DNA of 63,161 nt, the filler included, from Welwitschia mirabilis (taxonomy: Eukaryota), in assembly GCA_051453625.1 (NCBI GenBank). It is 6 parts of one record of this genome, joined end to end, with 100 filler letters (N's around TTAATTAATTAA, not from the genome) between each part and the next. Parts side by side here need not be neighbours in the genome. Positions count along the whole stretch, not along the records: positions 1 to 16,507 come from JBOZIK010000001.1; 5 more parts are not named here. One strand, 5' to 3'. Every line of letters starts with the position of its first letter. Position 1 is the stretch's first letter. The notes beneath the pieces are model-generated. The model had not been told where the DNA came from and did no database searches. It worked only from the letters and a program-made list of their open reading frames with translations. Of this stretch, positions 1 through 15,586 are shown one piece after another. Both the position numbers and the translations under genes were made by a program.

Positions 1-1754
1 GCTGTGCTAGGTTACTAATGAGCCTTATCTATTTTTTCCCATAATAATTTAGCTAGACATTATTTAGGTTTTAGTTTTTTTATGTGCACATACATAGATT
101 TATGCATTTATTATTTCTTCGAGCATTTTTAGCTTTTATTTAAGTTTCTTGGTTTCTTTTTCCCCTCAAACTTGTAGACTCAAGATTCATTTTTTTAAAT
201 TACATCAAGTTGGGATGTTGAGAAAGATCCTTAATTTGCTTTTTTGAACTCTTTTCCTTAGTTTTTAAGCCCATTATTTCTTTTTTTTTAAATTTTTTTT
301 GAGTTTTTTGACTTTTTTTTATTTTACAAGCCAAATCTCTCTTATTAAATTAAGTTAGAATGTAGAGCAAGATTTATTAATTTGAAATTTTTTCACTTGG
401 ACCTATGTTTTGTGATTTAAATAAATTAAGCTCAGTTGGATGGTGAGCAAGATCTACTTTTCTTAACTATACCATAATTAGTCCCTTTTCCTTTATGTTT
501 TTTGATATTTTGCTTTCTCTTTATACAGTTAATAATTTTATTAATCCTACTTAAGCTAAGTCATAAAAAGGAAAACTTTCTTTTACTTCTTACATAGATA
601 GAGATTTGTGTTAGGCTTTATGCTACCTTTTAAAGCTTATTATGTAGTTTTAATTGCCATAAATATGAATTTTAGGTCATATGGAGAGCCATATGTCTAT
701 GTGCCTTAATGTTAGATTTCTATGTATGCCTTGGAAATTGAGAGTATATTAGATGGAAACCAGAGGCATAGTTGCAAGGTCCACTCAGATTTTATCATCA
801 AGGGACATAGGTTTAATAAATTTTAAAATTTACTACATTTAAGGTATAAGTATGTTTCCAACATTACATGGTACTCTTTCTTAAGAAGGTTTTATAACTA
901 AGGTAATGGAAACTAGTTAATGACATGGAAGCATCACTAATGTGATTCATATTTTTGTTATTTTACTTTCTTTAAAGACAAGGTTATCATTCTTAAAGAG
1001 AGTATAATCACTACCTAGGTTTGAAATTTTACTTTATAAGTGATGCATTTCAGCATTTTCATTACTTCATAATCAATTGAGATCCCTTGCATTGAAATCT
1101 ACCTTACTCACATTAAGAAATTTCAAAAAAATACCTTTGTTTTCTTTCTTGTGTATGTAGCTCTTCACTAGTTGGGATGGTTTCTTAGTTATCAAAATTT
1201 GTGATTTGGATAGATTACTTGATTTATAGGCTTGATTCTCTTTCATTGTAACTACACTTTTCTATTATGACACTCTTTTTTTTTTGGATTTAGTTGAATT
1301 TTGAATTAAATAGTTTCCTTGAAATTGTGGATGAGGGTAAGATCCCTTTTCTTATGAATATGACATATCTATGTATTTTCTTCTACATTCTTTTTGGGGT
1401 TTGATAAGATTTCTTTGTGTGATAGGTAGATCACCTTTAATTATTGATGTGAGTAAGATCCCTCTAATTCTTAACTTTACCTCATAGACTGTCAACTTTA
1501 TTTTGATTATCATTCTCTTTTTTTCATGACATATTCATCATCATTTTTAAAGGATAAGTTTCAGTGGTTGTTAGAGTTATTCACACCCACATTCACCACT
1601 AGGATCATGACTGATATCAAAGTCACTCTTTAGATAATTACTCATAGAAGGTTTGGTATGAGTATTTTTATATTTTTATGTAGATTTATTGCTATGGGAA
1701 GGAATTCTTAATACATGATCATACCCCCCCTCAAGATGAAATAAAGAAGCTACT

Positions 1755-4700
1755 TAGAAAAATACCAATAAAAACGTAATAGAGATTATGTAAAAAGATA
1801 TTTCCTATTAACATAAGAAGTTGGTTAATCAGATTAAAATAAGCTATACCACCTTCTAAACATTATGAAACACATTCTACATAAAGAATAATCTAGAGCT
1901 TCTTAAACTTGTAACTCATATGAATAGTTTGTAGTATAAGAAGGCCAAGATAACCCAATAATTAGAAGATGAAAAACATCATGGTAAAGGTAGTAAATAT
2001 TAACTCACAAAAACAAGTTTGAATTTATTATATCAACATAATCTACTATTATTTGAAAGAATTCTATTTACATAGTTATATTAAGTGGCTACATGGTACT
2101 GAGTAATTAAATAATGTAACTTTTATTACACTTAATTAGAATCTCATTTTTACTAAAGCTTAGTTTAACTTCATGATTCTTAAATGCTACATGTAATGTT
2201 TCTTATTTTTTTGATCCTCCTCATTAAAATAAATATTTTACTAGCAAATCTTATCTATAAAAGAAAACACATCATGATAAGGATAAGGCTCTACTAAAAT
2301 AACAAAAGAAGAATTCAAATCATACTTAGCAAAATAAGTAAGTTTAAAATATTGCAATCCATAAGAAGAATAGTATTATTGTTCATGATGTAAAAGACAA
2401 GGTCATACCACTGACTTCTATAGAATTTCTTAAACAAGATAAAGTCTATATATAAGGCAAATGCAATCACTAAAGAATTTAATTCCCTTGATAATGATAA
2501 AAACTTTGAATCTAATGTATTATTTAAAAATTTTAACTTTATTAGTATGAGTAGGTACATACCTCATGATGGACATGAATTCTTGATAAACGTGCAACTC
2601 AACACGTGACTTATTGATGTAATTATTTTGATGACTTTAGTAATGCACTAAGTCATTTTTATTTGGTATACAAAAAACTAGTTCTTGTGAAATGCTATGG
2701 TTTAATTATCTTTAACTTGACATTTCTCTCTTCACAAACTATTTTACATGTTTAATATGTTCCTTCTTATGGCCTTTAAATTTGTTATGAGAAGATTACT
2801 TTATTTCTATAATGAAGCAATCAGTGGATATTTACAATAATAATTAGTAATTAATCATTAAAAGCTACATGAATGAAAAGCTCACTTATATTTATGATTG
2901 TCTCAAAACGTGCAAGATCACTTGCATAGTTTTCCAAAACAAGATATCTCCCTTGCTACTATGACATGCTCAACTAGGAAATCCTGCTCCTTATATAATA
3001 AATGTAATGCATGAAAATGACCATCATATTATTCCATCCATTCCATGGAATTTTTCTTACTATTATGGATAGAGAAATTAGACTGTATTTTTACTAATCA
3101 AGTGATGTATCAAATAGAAGCTTTTCTTTTTCACAATGATCTATGTGGACCTGTGCTAGTTTTCATTCTCCATAGATTTTATTACTTTCTATCCTTTATT
3201 GGTGAATATTTCTAAATGGTTTAGGTATATTTGATCAAACCTAGATCATAGACTTTGGATGTTTTCAAAAAGTTTAAAACTAAAGTGAAAAAAGCTTATT
3301 ATCAAATTAAAGTATTTCACTTAGATAATAGTGGTGAGTATACATCTGTTAGGTTTAAGGACTTTTTGATTTTTAAAGGGATTCAACATTTGAAGATCTA
3401 CCTTGAAACACCCCAATAGAATGACATTATCAAGTGATTTAATTGCACTATTATGGATATAGCACATGCCATAATGTATTTTAGTGATTAGATGACCTAT
3501 CTTTAGGCTAAAGTAATAAACAGAATAGTACATCTCAATAATCATATTAATTGATATAATAAAAAGGGAGTATCTCCAACTAAAAAGTAATAGGATTTAA
3601 GTTGAAGTTGTACCATTTTTGTATTGTTTATTGCAAGTGCTATGGCAATACTCTAAGTAAACATTGTGAAAAAGTTGGAGGACATACTTACATGAGCATC
3701 TTTATGAAAAATCTAAATAACTAGAAGGATTATTAAGTATATCTCTTAAAGCATCATAAGATCATTATTCTCATGATGTCACATTTGTAAAAACTCTAAA
3801 AATGATTCTTAGCTTGACCCTTTAAAGTTTTATTCTTCTTCTAACATAGTAATCTTATTTAATACTCAATGTCCTATGGTTGAGTGGGTTGATTTACCCA
3901 CCAATATTTCTTTAGTTTCTTCTATTGGTACATCTAGTTTACAAGCCATATAAATTCAGCAAGTTTGTACTACTAGCATTTTTAATCATGATTCTAGTAG
4001 CAATTTAGTAGGTTCTCTAACTAAATAATCTAATACTACCTAAATGACATTAAAGTACTTAGTTACAGTCTACTATCCAAGATGTTCATAACAAGGAGAA
4101 GGGTAAAACTAAAACTAGACATGGCTTACATACATATTATGATGATGATGAGGAGCTTTATTTGAAATTTAATGATGGAATAACCTCATTTAAAATTAAT
4201 ATCTAACATGATCACTGGATAAAAGACATGCAAGAAAAATATAATAGACTTGTTAAAAATGGTACTTGGGAGTTGATGGGTCTTCCATCAGGGTGTATAG
4301 TAATACCTAATAGATGGATTTTTTGCACAAAAAAAAAAAAGTAATCCAAATAACACACTTAATGACATAAATCTTAGCTTACTACTATAGGCCTATAATA
4401 GAAGAAATGACTTAATTACAATGAAGTCTTCACATGAATGGCAAATGAGCTACCATTAGAAAAATGATTTTCTTGGCAGTACAAAAAAGATGAAAGATTC
4501 ATAAATACTTTCTTTCTTTATGGAGATATTAAAGGAAAAATATACATGATGCAACTAAAGGAATTTAAAGAAAAAGACAAAGAACATAAGATGTGTAGAT
4601 TGATCAAGTCTTTATATAGGCTAAAATAAGTACCAAGAGCTTGGTATACTAAGATTGCAAATTATTTAAGTTTCATTGGATTTAGATTATGTAATTATTA

Positions 4701-6262
4701 AGATCCAAATGTCATGTTATTCATAAAATCTAATGGGGGTAAATATACATACATAGTGGTACATGTAGATGATATACTAATAATCAAAAGTAATGAAGAA
4801 GCTGGAAAAAGAATGAAAATTACTTTAAGTAAGGCATTTAAAATACTTGATCTTAGATTTATTAAATTTTTCTTAGGTATAGAAATTATTTAGCAGAAGG
4901 AAGAAATATTCTTAACATAGATGAAGTACATCAAATATCTAATCCAGAATCTTGGACTAGAAAAATGCAAAAGAAGTCGTAACACCTTTAGAGAAGAATG
5001 TGAAGATATTTGTTAGTGAAGACTCAAAACTTGTAAATAAAACTAAATATAAAAGAATAGTAGGAAGTTTAATTTATGAAATAAATACTACATTAGACAT
5101 ATCATATGTTATTAATGTATTATCATGATATCTTCATGTGCCTAAGGTAACTCATCTAAACCCTATAAAGAGAGTTTAGACATATCTAAAGAAGACTAGA
5201 GACTTAGGTCTAATAGAGACTCTTAATTTATTTTAGAGGCATAATTTGTTTATAATTTCACTTGAAAAATTTATACCTCATTGTCAACATCAAGATATAT
5301 AATATTCCTAGGGACATCACCTCTATTTTAGTTGTTAAAGTATAAAAAAACTAGAGTACCATAGTTTGTTAAGATAAAAGATATAACTACTTTTAGGGCA
5401 TGTAGAGAAACCTAATTCCTGGGAAAATTGTTAAGAAGTAATGAACTTAAAACAAACTAAGATAATAGATCTCTTCATTAAAAATCAATCAATTCAAACA
5501 AAAAACATCAAGTACAACATAACAAGATGAAACACTTTCATGTTGGAGTCCACAAAATTAGAAAAGTTACACAAAATAAAGTTATTATGCATATATTATA
5601 TCTAACCATAGAGTAAACTACTGATATCCTTACTACACCAATTGGTTAAAAGAAGTTCTAGTACTTCCAATCCAAAATGGGATTGATAATGATTTAATTT
5701 AAGCTCCTTTTTTTTTATCTTACATATTATGGGCTTCACTTAAATCTAGAGTCCTTATTTAAGGCCATTCTTGATCCTAGTACTACATGGTAGTATAATT
5801 CAACCTAGTATTATAGAATATGTAGTATATTTTTGGCATATAATTATTAGATATGTAATACACATGATATTATTAGATATGTAATACACATGATAGTCCT
5901 GTATGCTATGAGATACATAGTAGTAAATTAAGTACCTCTTTAATGAAGTATTTTCCTTCACATGGAAACTCCTTTAATGATGTCTTTATACATGCCACAT
6001 TTCTAAGTGTTTCCTCTAAGTACTCTAGTTTTACCTTAGAAGGGAGCATATTTTTGTATTAAGGGAGGAATTACTAAGTCTTATATGTGCATCATGGTTA
6101 TATGCCTAGTAGAACATGCAAACACTAGTAAAACCATAATAGTATGCTTGTTTTTTTTTTTAAAAAAAAAAAAGACCCTTTTATTGTAACATGCATTATA
6201 AAAAATAAAGATTTTTTTTGGAAAATTTGCTAATAATGATTCTTTTTAATCTATTTTTTAAC
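1755..6262 (+). mobile_element. Decayed Ty1/copia LTR retrotransposon, copy A (gag zinc knuckle, protease, integrase, RT, RNase H, probable short 3' LTR; 5' LTR not found)
   Basis: Manual translation gives motifs in copia order: zinc knuckle CS*CKRQGHT (~2380-2410), protease (W>*)ILDKRATQHVT (~2578-2613), LL*HAQLGNP (~2957), integrase HNDLCGP (~3132) and DNSGEYT (~3324), RT WIKDMQEKY..NGTWEL (~4216) and VVHVDDIL (~4755), RNase H ending ~5697. Purine tract AAGGGAGGAA at ~6061 precedes a putative ~190-bp LTR. Many stops and frameshifts. Confidence 0.9.
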
Positions 6263-8720
6263 AATTAGTAATTCTAATGCAAACTATATCTAAGAAATTA
6301 GGAATCACTCTAATACCTAACTAACACAATGAGATTATCCTAACTACACCTACTGTGAAGTGGAGAATGTGCATATATCATAGAAAACTCAATGCTATCA
6401 CTAGAAAGGACCATTTTGATCTTCCATTTACTAACCAAATCCTTGAAAAACTTATGGGTTATTATGTTTATTATTTATTAGATTGTTATTTAGGCTATAA
6501 CCAAATTAAGATTACTCCCAAGGATCAAGAGAAGAAAACTTTTAGTATCACTTATGATACATTTTCTTATAAATGTATGTCATTCAGTCTTTGTAATGGA
6601 CTAGCTAACTTTCAACATTACATGATCTTTTACACTCTTGTGTTCGAATCTTTATGGATGATTTTTTAATTTATGAAACTTCATATGACCAATGTATTCA
6701 TAATCTTGAACATTTTCTCCTATGATGCATAGAAAAGTGCCTTATTTTAAATTTAAAAAAGTGCAATTTTATGGTTAGGAAGGGAACTTTTTAAGATATA
6801 TCATTTCTAAGCACGGTATTTAAGTAGACCTTGTCAAAATTTTCTTTATCACTTACCTTTTCATTCCTTCAAAAGGGAGAGACATTAGATTTTTTTTGGA
6901 CATGCTAGATATTGTAGAAGATTCATTTAAAACTTTAGAAAAATTTCCAAGCCTCTTTCTAATTTTCTTAGTAAAGATGTAAATTTTTAATATATACAAT
7001 AATGCTAACAAAAGTTTGATGAGCTTAAAAGTAAAAACGTACCACTACGCCTATTATTTTATACCTAATTGGTCCTTATCCTTTGAGATTATATTTGATG
7101 TTAGCAATTATGATATTGATATTACCTTAAAATAAAGAGCTAAAAAGGAACCTATTGTTATCTACTATGTTAGAAAAACATTGAGTAATGCTCAACTCAA
7201 TAACACTATCATAGAAAGAAATCTTCTTACTATAGTTTTTCCCTTAGAGAAGTTTATATAATACCTCTCTAAGTTAAAAGTAATTATTTACATTGATCAT
7301 TTAGCCTTGAGATAAATTTATGCTAAAAATGTTTCTAAACCAAAAATTTTCCAATGAATTCTACTCTTACAAGAGCTTGATTTGTAAGTTAGAAATAAGA
7401 AAGGGTCTGATAATGTAGTTGTTGACCATTTATTTCAAATTCCTCAAAATATTTTACTAGTTTCTAGTCTTATCAATAACTCTTTTTCTAATGAACATCT
7501 CCTTTTGATTTCTAAAACTCCATGGTATGGTAATATTTCCAATTTCTTAGTTTTTAAAGCCATGCCTTTCTATTGTAAATATTCCATTTAAGATGATCCT
7601 TATCTTTTAAAATGATATCATAAAAAATCACTAGGATGTGCATCCCATACTATCAATTGCATGATGTTTTTAAGTTTTTCATTCTAAAGCTTATGGAGAT
7701 CATTGTTCTACTAACAAAACTACTATAAAATTCTTCATTATAGGCTTTATTAGCCTTTCATTTTTAAAGATTATTATATTTATTTCAAATCTTATGAAAA
7801 CTAGCAAAAACTTGGGATCTTACTTAAAAAAGAATGATATATTTAAATCTAATCTTTGTTATATAACCTTTTAACATATGGCGAATTAACTTTCAAGGTC
7901 CTTATCCTTCTTCTAATGGATATTAATGCATCCTTCTATATGTTGATTATGTTACCAAGTGGGTAGAAACCTTTGCCTATAGAAATAGTAATGCCCTAAT
8001 TATAGTTAAATTCTTTAAAAAGCACATTTTATTTAGATTTAGTTGTTATAGAAATCTTATTAGTAATGGTGGATCTAAATTTTAGAATAAAATTTTCAAT
8101 AATATTATTATCAAGTATGGGTTTCTCATAAATTACCACACTTTCTCACCTTAGACTAGTTGTTAAGTTGAAGTTACCAATAGGAAAATCAAGTGTATTT
8201 TACAAAAGTGGTAAGCACAACTAGAAATACTAATCATTAAAACATAATGATGTCTTATGGCCTATATAACTACATTTAAAACACCACTAGGAATTTCATT
8301 TTTCAGATTAATATATAGTAAAACTTGTCATCTTTCTATAGAAATTAAATGTAGATCCTACTGGCCCATTAAATATATGAACCTCGATCTTGATATGGAA
8401 AATTACCATAGGAAGATTCAACTATATGAGTTATAAGAGATTAAGAACAATGCCTATAAAAACACATAATTTAATAAACAAAAAATTAAAAGACTTCATA
8501 TGAAGGATATTTAGTCTTATTATGCAACTCTAGATTACATATGTTTCTTGACAAGTTAGTTTTTAGTGGAAACATCCTTATATAATAAAACAAGTGTTGT
8601 CAAGTGAAGTATTTCTCATAAATAATCCTGAAAGCCATCATTTAGTCAAATTTAATAATATTATCTTAAACATTTTCACCCACCCCTCCCATCTACTTAT
8701 GAGTTTATAAACTTATTGAT
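6263..8720 (+). pseudogene. Decayed Athila-type Ty3/gypsy pol, copy A (RT, RNase H, integrase)
   Basis: ORF 6355-6669 WRMCIYHRKLNAITRKDHFDLPF is gypsy RT. The upstream KKLGITLIP....EIILT insert is Athila/Tat-type. FMDDF at ~6651. Integrase TKWVET (~7954), SNGGSKF (~8062) and VEVTNR (~8167). Domain order is RT-RH-INT. Confidence 0.9.
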
Positions 8721-10929
8721 CCTAGATGATGGCCTTTAAGATTAACCAATAATAAGTGATATTTTTATTATTTTAAGCTTTAATTAAGATTAGATACATC
8801 TATTATTCTTAAGAAAAATTCATCTTTATTCTAAGTTTTATCATTGAAGCTTTCATTTACTTAAGATCTTTAATTTGGAAAACCCAATGGATGAAAAGGT
8901 GGATTTTTTACCTTTATTACGTTTTCTTTGTTTTCAAGCATTTATGAGATGAAATTGCTTCTCTATTAGGCTAAAGATCCAATAACCCATTTTGTTTACT
9001 TACAGTTAAAATTTAAAAGTAGATTCTTTTTTTTTTCAAATTTTATTAAGCTTACTTAACTACATCTTCACTATAGATGCTCACTGGTAATGTAGCTCTA
9101 ATGATCTATTTGTGGTACATTCTTTTGCATCAGGGATATAGATTACATCAGGGATATAGATTCTTGCTAGTAATGTAACACTAAATTCTTCATGTAGTAC
9201 ATGTTTAACTTTGTTGGAAGAAAGTGCCATAATACTAGATGCTCAATATGATCAAATGTTGAAACAAAGTTATTTATAGTTATAGAAGGAAAAAATGGAA
9301 AGAAAATTAAGGTGGACACTAGATATCTCTTGTACTTTTCTTTCTTTAACACTTAAACTTAAAATTTCTTTACTTCTCTTGGATGTACATGAATTTACCT
9401 TATCAATACCTTATTTGTATGACATTAGATCCATTGAATAAAATTTAAGAATCATAAAGTTTTATTAAATTAAAATATTAGCTTGGATTTGAGTATCCCT
9501 TATTCATAGGTTGCATGGTTGAGATATCATTTGCCATTTTTACTTCATAACCACTCACATCACCATTTTAACCATTAAACACCTCATTTTCATTCTATAA
9601 GAAAGAATAATAGGAAGAAAAAACATGTTTGTTATGACATGATATCCCAAGTCATGTTTTAATCTAGGTGAAAAAATAATTAAGTCCTTGATAGAATTAT
9701 AAAAATCTATTGTTCATATTTCATCCCATTCCAATAAAAACTAAGTTTCAAACATATGTTTGGGCTTAGCCTCATAAGATTTTCATCCCTAGAGTGATCT
9801 TGTGTTTTATATCAACATTAGGATACAAGAATAACCATATTTGATCATAAATAAGCCTTTTGGTGATGTTTCCAAGGATAGTGGAGCATATACAAATTAT
9901 ATTTTCTCACATTTATATTTTATTATTTTTCATCTCCTACACTTTCTAGTGTGTGGTACTAGTCCTCTTCTAAGAAAATCCTAACTATTTCTAATCTTAT
10001 TTTCTTTAGATTTTTTCAATCCTTTTAGCTCTATCAAATTTATTATTATGATATCAATCTTTCGTGCAAGGCTAACAAGTTTTTGCAAGTCTTACTTACT
10101 TGGTTTTTCTCAAATAGGAGCTAAGAAGTGGGGAAAAAATTAAAAAATTAAATAAAAAGTTTAAAAAGTAATAAAATATTAAATCCTATTTTACTTTTTA
10201 TAATTTCTATTACTACTACACTTTTTTTAGTATTTTTTGCATTTAGGATTAGATTTTTAATTCGTATTAAGTTTTCTACATTTCTAAAATTCTAAGGTTT
10301 TTACAGGTTTTTAGATTTCTTCACTACATAGTTTTTTTCTATCATTTATTTTCTACTGCATTTAGTATAAATCCTTTTATCCATTACCCCAAAGATAATG
10401 TGCATTTTTTCTTAACCCATTCTTCTCAAAAAAGTTAGCACCACCACTAGACCTAACTATCTCTAGTGTTTTTTTTATGAATCTCACTCTCAAATTTTGC
10501 TATGTTATTTATGTAATCTTTCTTAATATTTTTAAGTATCCTGCACCTTTTAAAATTTAAAAAAATTACATTCATTAAAAACATAATCATAACAATTGAT
10601 TATATAAAATATATGTTAAATCTCAAAGGGATCCTAATAATAGTAATGAAGATAGACCCTTTTCTAGGAGTCATTCACATGAGAGATTACAAAAACATTA
10701 ATATCATACTAATTAAAATAAATAACCTCCTTTATAAAATCCTCAATTTTTTTTTTCAAATAATCAATATTCATTTTGAAATCATTAGTTCTTCCAAAAC
10801 TCTCAATCTCATCTTCCAAACCAAACACCTTTCTTAAATCTTATTTCCATTTTCCAAATAATCAATCACATTATTAATTAAACTTAGTTAACAATCATTA
10901 AAATTCTCAAAAATTATTTTCAATCTCAA

Positions 10930-13410
10930 TTTCTAAGAATACCATTATGCATAGTTCATCATCTAGACAATCAAAGATTAAAATCTTAAACTGTTCATCA
11001 CTCAACTTCTTCCACACTTTCATAGCCTTGAATGTGAAGATTTCTACTTGTACTTAGAAAAATTTAAATTTGTACTTTTAACTATGCCATAAAATCCAAT
11101 CACATCTAATGAACTTATGTTGATATTATTTCTCTTTTTTCTAAAAGAAAAAAGTTAAATCTTAATTGTATATCTTAAAACCTATTTCTATCATGTCTTG
11201 GATATATTTAAATGAAGCCTTTATAACTATGTTCTTTCCTAATAACAAGACTAATGCCTTTAGAATAGAGATACTAAAATTTTAATAAAAAGATCATGAA
11301 AATTTCTCCCAAGATATAGAAAGATTCAATGAACTACTTTTGAAATTCTCATAATATGGTTTTAAATAAGAAAGAGCATGAGTTTAATTTATGAAGGACA
11401 ATTCTCAAATCATAGATAACTTGTAGAAATGATGTGTGAAGAAAGTTTTCTTAATCTTGGAATAAATGAGGTCTAGGATTACTTTGCAATTATTTATTAA
11501 TGTTCAAATAATTGGAAAAATCCTAATGAACCTTAGATCATCATGTTGTTAAATATACTGGTATCTTCAAAGTTCCTAATAATTTTGATGTCAAAAATAA
11601 GAGAGATGGAATTTTTAGAAAACTTAAGTCACTTACTGCTCAACCCAAGTGTATTATTCCTAAACTTAGATGCTTAATGTGCCATGTTAACACTCATGAA
11701 ACATCTAAATGTCCCTTTATCTCTATCTTCCAAAACATAATAAATGATCAAGTTAATATAGTTGGATAACACTTGTAAAATCAAAAAGCAAGCAATGCCT
11801 TCTCTAACACATAGAATTCCAAGTGGAGAAATCATTTAAATTTTCATGGAGACAAGATAATAACAATGATCAAGCTTGAACAAGTCCATNNNNNNNNNNG
11901 GAACCGATTACCTTATTCTTCTAATTATTATCCATTATTATTTAACTAACATCCTTATATATCTAAACAATGTCTTTCATTGTTAAATCATCAAATTTTA
12001 TCATTAAACTCTTTGGAAGACTCTTTTAATAAATTCATGAAGTTACAACTGCAAATGACTTAAATACTTGAATAACTATTCATCATCTAAGCTAAACCAC
12101 CACTCATATTATTTCCAGTCTTGAATAATGTAAGTAAGGAAAGTTTTTCACGATCCATGAATCTAGGGAGGTGTTAAGATTGTGGAAGAAATGGAGAATA
12201 GTACATACATCTTAGAAGTGAAAAAGAAATCAAGAAAAATTTAAAACAAAATAGGCATGGTTATGTTATATATGGTATGGGGATAGTAAGGTTGTTATCT
12301 TCATGACTGAGAGTGGGGTACCATATACATTACATGAAAGTGAAGCATCTAGTTTTACAACTAATAGTAGTAGTACTCTTTAGCTTGTTCTGGTTGCTTA
12401 CTTAGCTACCTACCTATCTACCAGAGAAACTAGTAGTATAAATAGATACATATCTATCGAGTGTAATAAGGCCAACATAGCCAGGTGGGCAGAAGTATGT
12501 GATGATATTCCCTGAATAAGATGGCTGAAAAAACATAACAATTCTAACCCTTCAATGTGTGGTGTAATGTATGTTTTTTTCTTAGATGTAAGAAGCCGAT
12601 CACCACTTAAAATAAATGACAAGAAGAAAGTTGGGAAAAAACTAAAGGTTAAGTCCCAACTTTTAAACTATCTTTACCCTTTTTCAAAAAATTTAGAAAG
12701 GATTACATTAAAAATAATAAATAATAAGCCCTAGATATTTTTAAAGAAGTAAAGATCAACATTCCTCTCTTAGAAGCCATAAAAAAAGTACACTCATACT
12801 AAATTCCTTAAGGACTTGTGTACTATCAAAAGAAGAATGAATGTTAAAAGTAAAACTTTTCTAGCATAATAATCTAGTACCATCATACAGAATTAAATTC
12901 CTCCCAAATAAAAAGATTATGGATGTTTAATAATGACCATAACCATTGGAGATAAACATCTTAGATAATCCTTATTAAATCTTAAATCTAGTGTCAACTT
13001 GCTATCTTATTGTAAACCCAAAGAACTTGGCTTATAAGGACTTAAGAATACAAGACTCAAGTTCAACTTGCTAATACTTTCTTGAAAACATAATTAAAAA
13101 TCATTAAGGATGTCATTATTAGATTAGATGATTGTTATTTTTCTATGAAATTTTTATTTTTGAATATGTAAAAAATAGTCAATGATTTAATTTCCATTAT
13201 TCTAAAAAGACTTTTTCTTATAAATTCTAATGCTCTTATCAATTGTATGATGGTCTTATGAATTTTTCTTTTAGCAACATGATAGTTGAGTTAAACATTT
13301 TTAATGTAGTAAAACTACCTTCTATTAATGATGCAATTGAACATGTGGATATGCTTGAAATTAAGCTCCTTAGTACAGAGATATTCACCCATATTAAAAA
13401 TTTTTTTACC
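10930..13410 (+). pseudogene. Decayed Athila-type gag-protease (element B, 5' part)
   Basis: TQLLPHFHSLECEDFYLYLEKF (~11000, Athila gag LLPxFHGLxxEDP), ILRSEKEI (~12208), FKEVKINIPLLEAIKK (~12740), LLNLKSSVNLL (decayed DLGASVNL protease, ~12972) and GLMNFSFSNMIVELNIF (ORF 13243). Confidence 0.85.
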
Positions 13411-15586
13411 TTAGATACTAATAAAAACTTAACATAGATTATGCACAAATATATTTACTCTCTTAATTGATTAGACTAAAATAAGCTATACCTACTTTTG
13501 TACCTTATGGAATCTAGAGCTTCTTAATATTATAACTTGCATGAATAGTTTTCATTATAAGAAGAGCAAGATGATACAATAATTACTAGATGCAAAACAT
13601 TAAGGTAAAGGTGGTAGAGATTAACTTATAAAAACAAGTTTCCATTTAATATGTTAACTTTATTTGCTATTGTTCAAAAGAATTCTCTTTACATAGTTAT
13701 ATTAAATGGCTACATGGTAGTAATTAATTGAATAATATAACTTCTATCACACTTAATCAAAATTTCATTTTTGCTAAAGCTCACTTTAACTTCATGATCT
13801 TTTGATGCCACATGCAGTGTTTCACATTCTTATGATCCTCCTCATCAAAATAAATAGTCTACCAATAAATTACATCTTTAAAAGAAAACACATTATGATA
13901 AGGATAAGACTCTACTAAAATAACAAAATAAGAATTTAAATTAGACTCAGCAAAACAAGAAGTAAATTCAAAATACTACCACTCTTAAGAAGAGTAGTAT
14001 TAGTATCCATAATGAATAAGACAAGTATATACCACTAACATATATAAAATTCCTTAAAAGATAAAGTCTACATGTAAGGAAAATGCAAGAACTAAAGAAA
14101 ATGATTCCCGTAATGATGCTAAAAAATTTAAATCTAATATAGTCTTTGAAAAATTTAACTTTATTAGTATGAGTGAGCACATACCTTATGAGGGATGTGA
14201 ATTCTTAATAGAGGTGCCATTGACATAATTATTTTGATGACTTCATTAATGCACTAAGTCATGTTTATTTGGTAGACAACACACTAGTTCTTATGGAAGG
14301 CTATGATTCAGTCATCTTTGACTTGACATTGTTCTCTTTATAAGTTATTTTACATGTTTACTATACTTCTTCTTTGACTTTATATTTTTTATTTCTTTTA
14401 ACTTTGTTATGAGAAGATCACTTTATTTCTATGAGGAAGCACTCAATGAATATTTATGATGGTAATTTATAATTACTTATTAAAGGCTACATGGATGAAA
14501 ATCTTATTTATCTTTATGATTGTCTTAGAATGCTAGAGATCACTTATATAGTTTCTCAAGATAAGATATATCCCTTACTACTATGTCATGATTAACTAGA
14601 AAATCCTTCTCCTCATACAATTAATGTAATACATGAAGATGATTACTAGCTTCTTCCATCCATTCCATGGGATTTTCATCAGTAGCATGGATAAAGCAAT
14701 TAGATAGTAGTTTTCACCAAGTAAGTGGTGTAACAATTGAAAGCTTTTTATTGTTTATAATGCTCTATATGAACCTATGCAATTTCTATTATCTACATAT
14801 TTTATTACTTTATATCCTTTATTGATGACTACTTCTAGCTAACTATTAAATTAAAAATTTTCACTCAGATAATTATGGTGAGTACACATCTATCAAGTTT
14901 AAGAACTTTTCATTTCTAAAGGGATTCAACATTTGAAGATCTGCCTTAGAACACCCTAATGAAATGGCATTACTAAGTAATTTAATTATACTATCATGGA
15001 TATGACACATTTTATAATGTATTTTAGCTATTGTAAAACCTATCTTTGTGGTGAATAAATGAACATAGTAGTACATATCAATAATTCTATTAATCAATAT
15101 ACTGAAAAGGAAGTATCTCTAGCTAAAATGTGATATGGATGTAAGACAAATTTGTACCATTGTTGTATTATTATTTACAAGTGTTATGTTCATACTCTAA
15201 GCAAACATTGTAAAACATTTGAAGCACATACTTACATCAACATATTTGTGTAAAATTAAATTGACTAAAATGGTTATTAAGTATATGTCCTAAAGCATTA
15301 TAAGCTCATAATTCTCATGATATTATCTTCATAAAGACTTTTAATAATGATTTTTAGGTTGATTCTGTAAAGCTTCATTATTCTTCTAACCCAACGATTA
15401 TATCTAATGCTCAATGACCTATGTTTAAGGGGGAAGATATGGGTACCAATAATGCTTTAGTTTCTTCTATTAATACATCTAGTTTGCAAGCTATAAGAAT
15501 TGAGAAATTTTATACTTCTAGCATGCTTAATCATGCTTCTAGTAGCAATGCTTAATCATGCTTCTAGTAGCAATTTAGTAGGTTCT

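Noticed and set aside
5844-5895. 26-bp tandem duplication (similar small ones at ~9128-9162 and ~24118-24283)
   Set aside because: Ordinary local slippage in dead elements.
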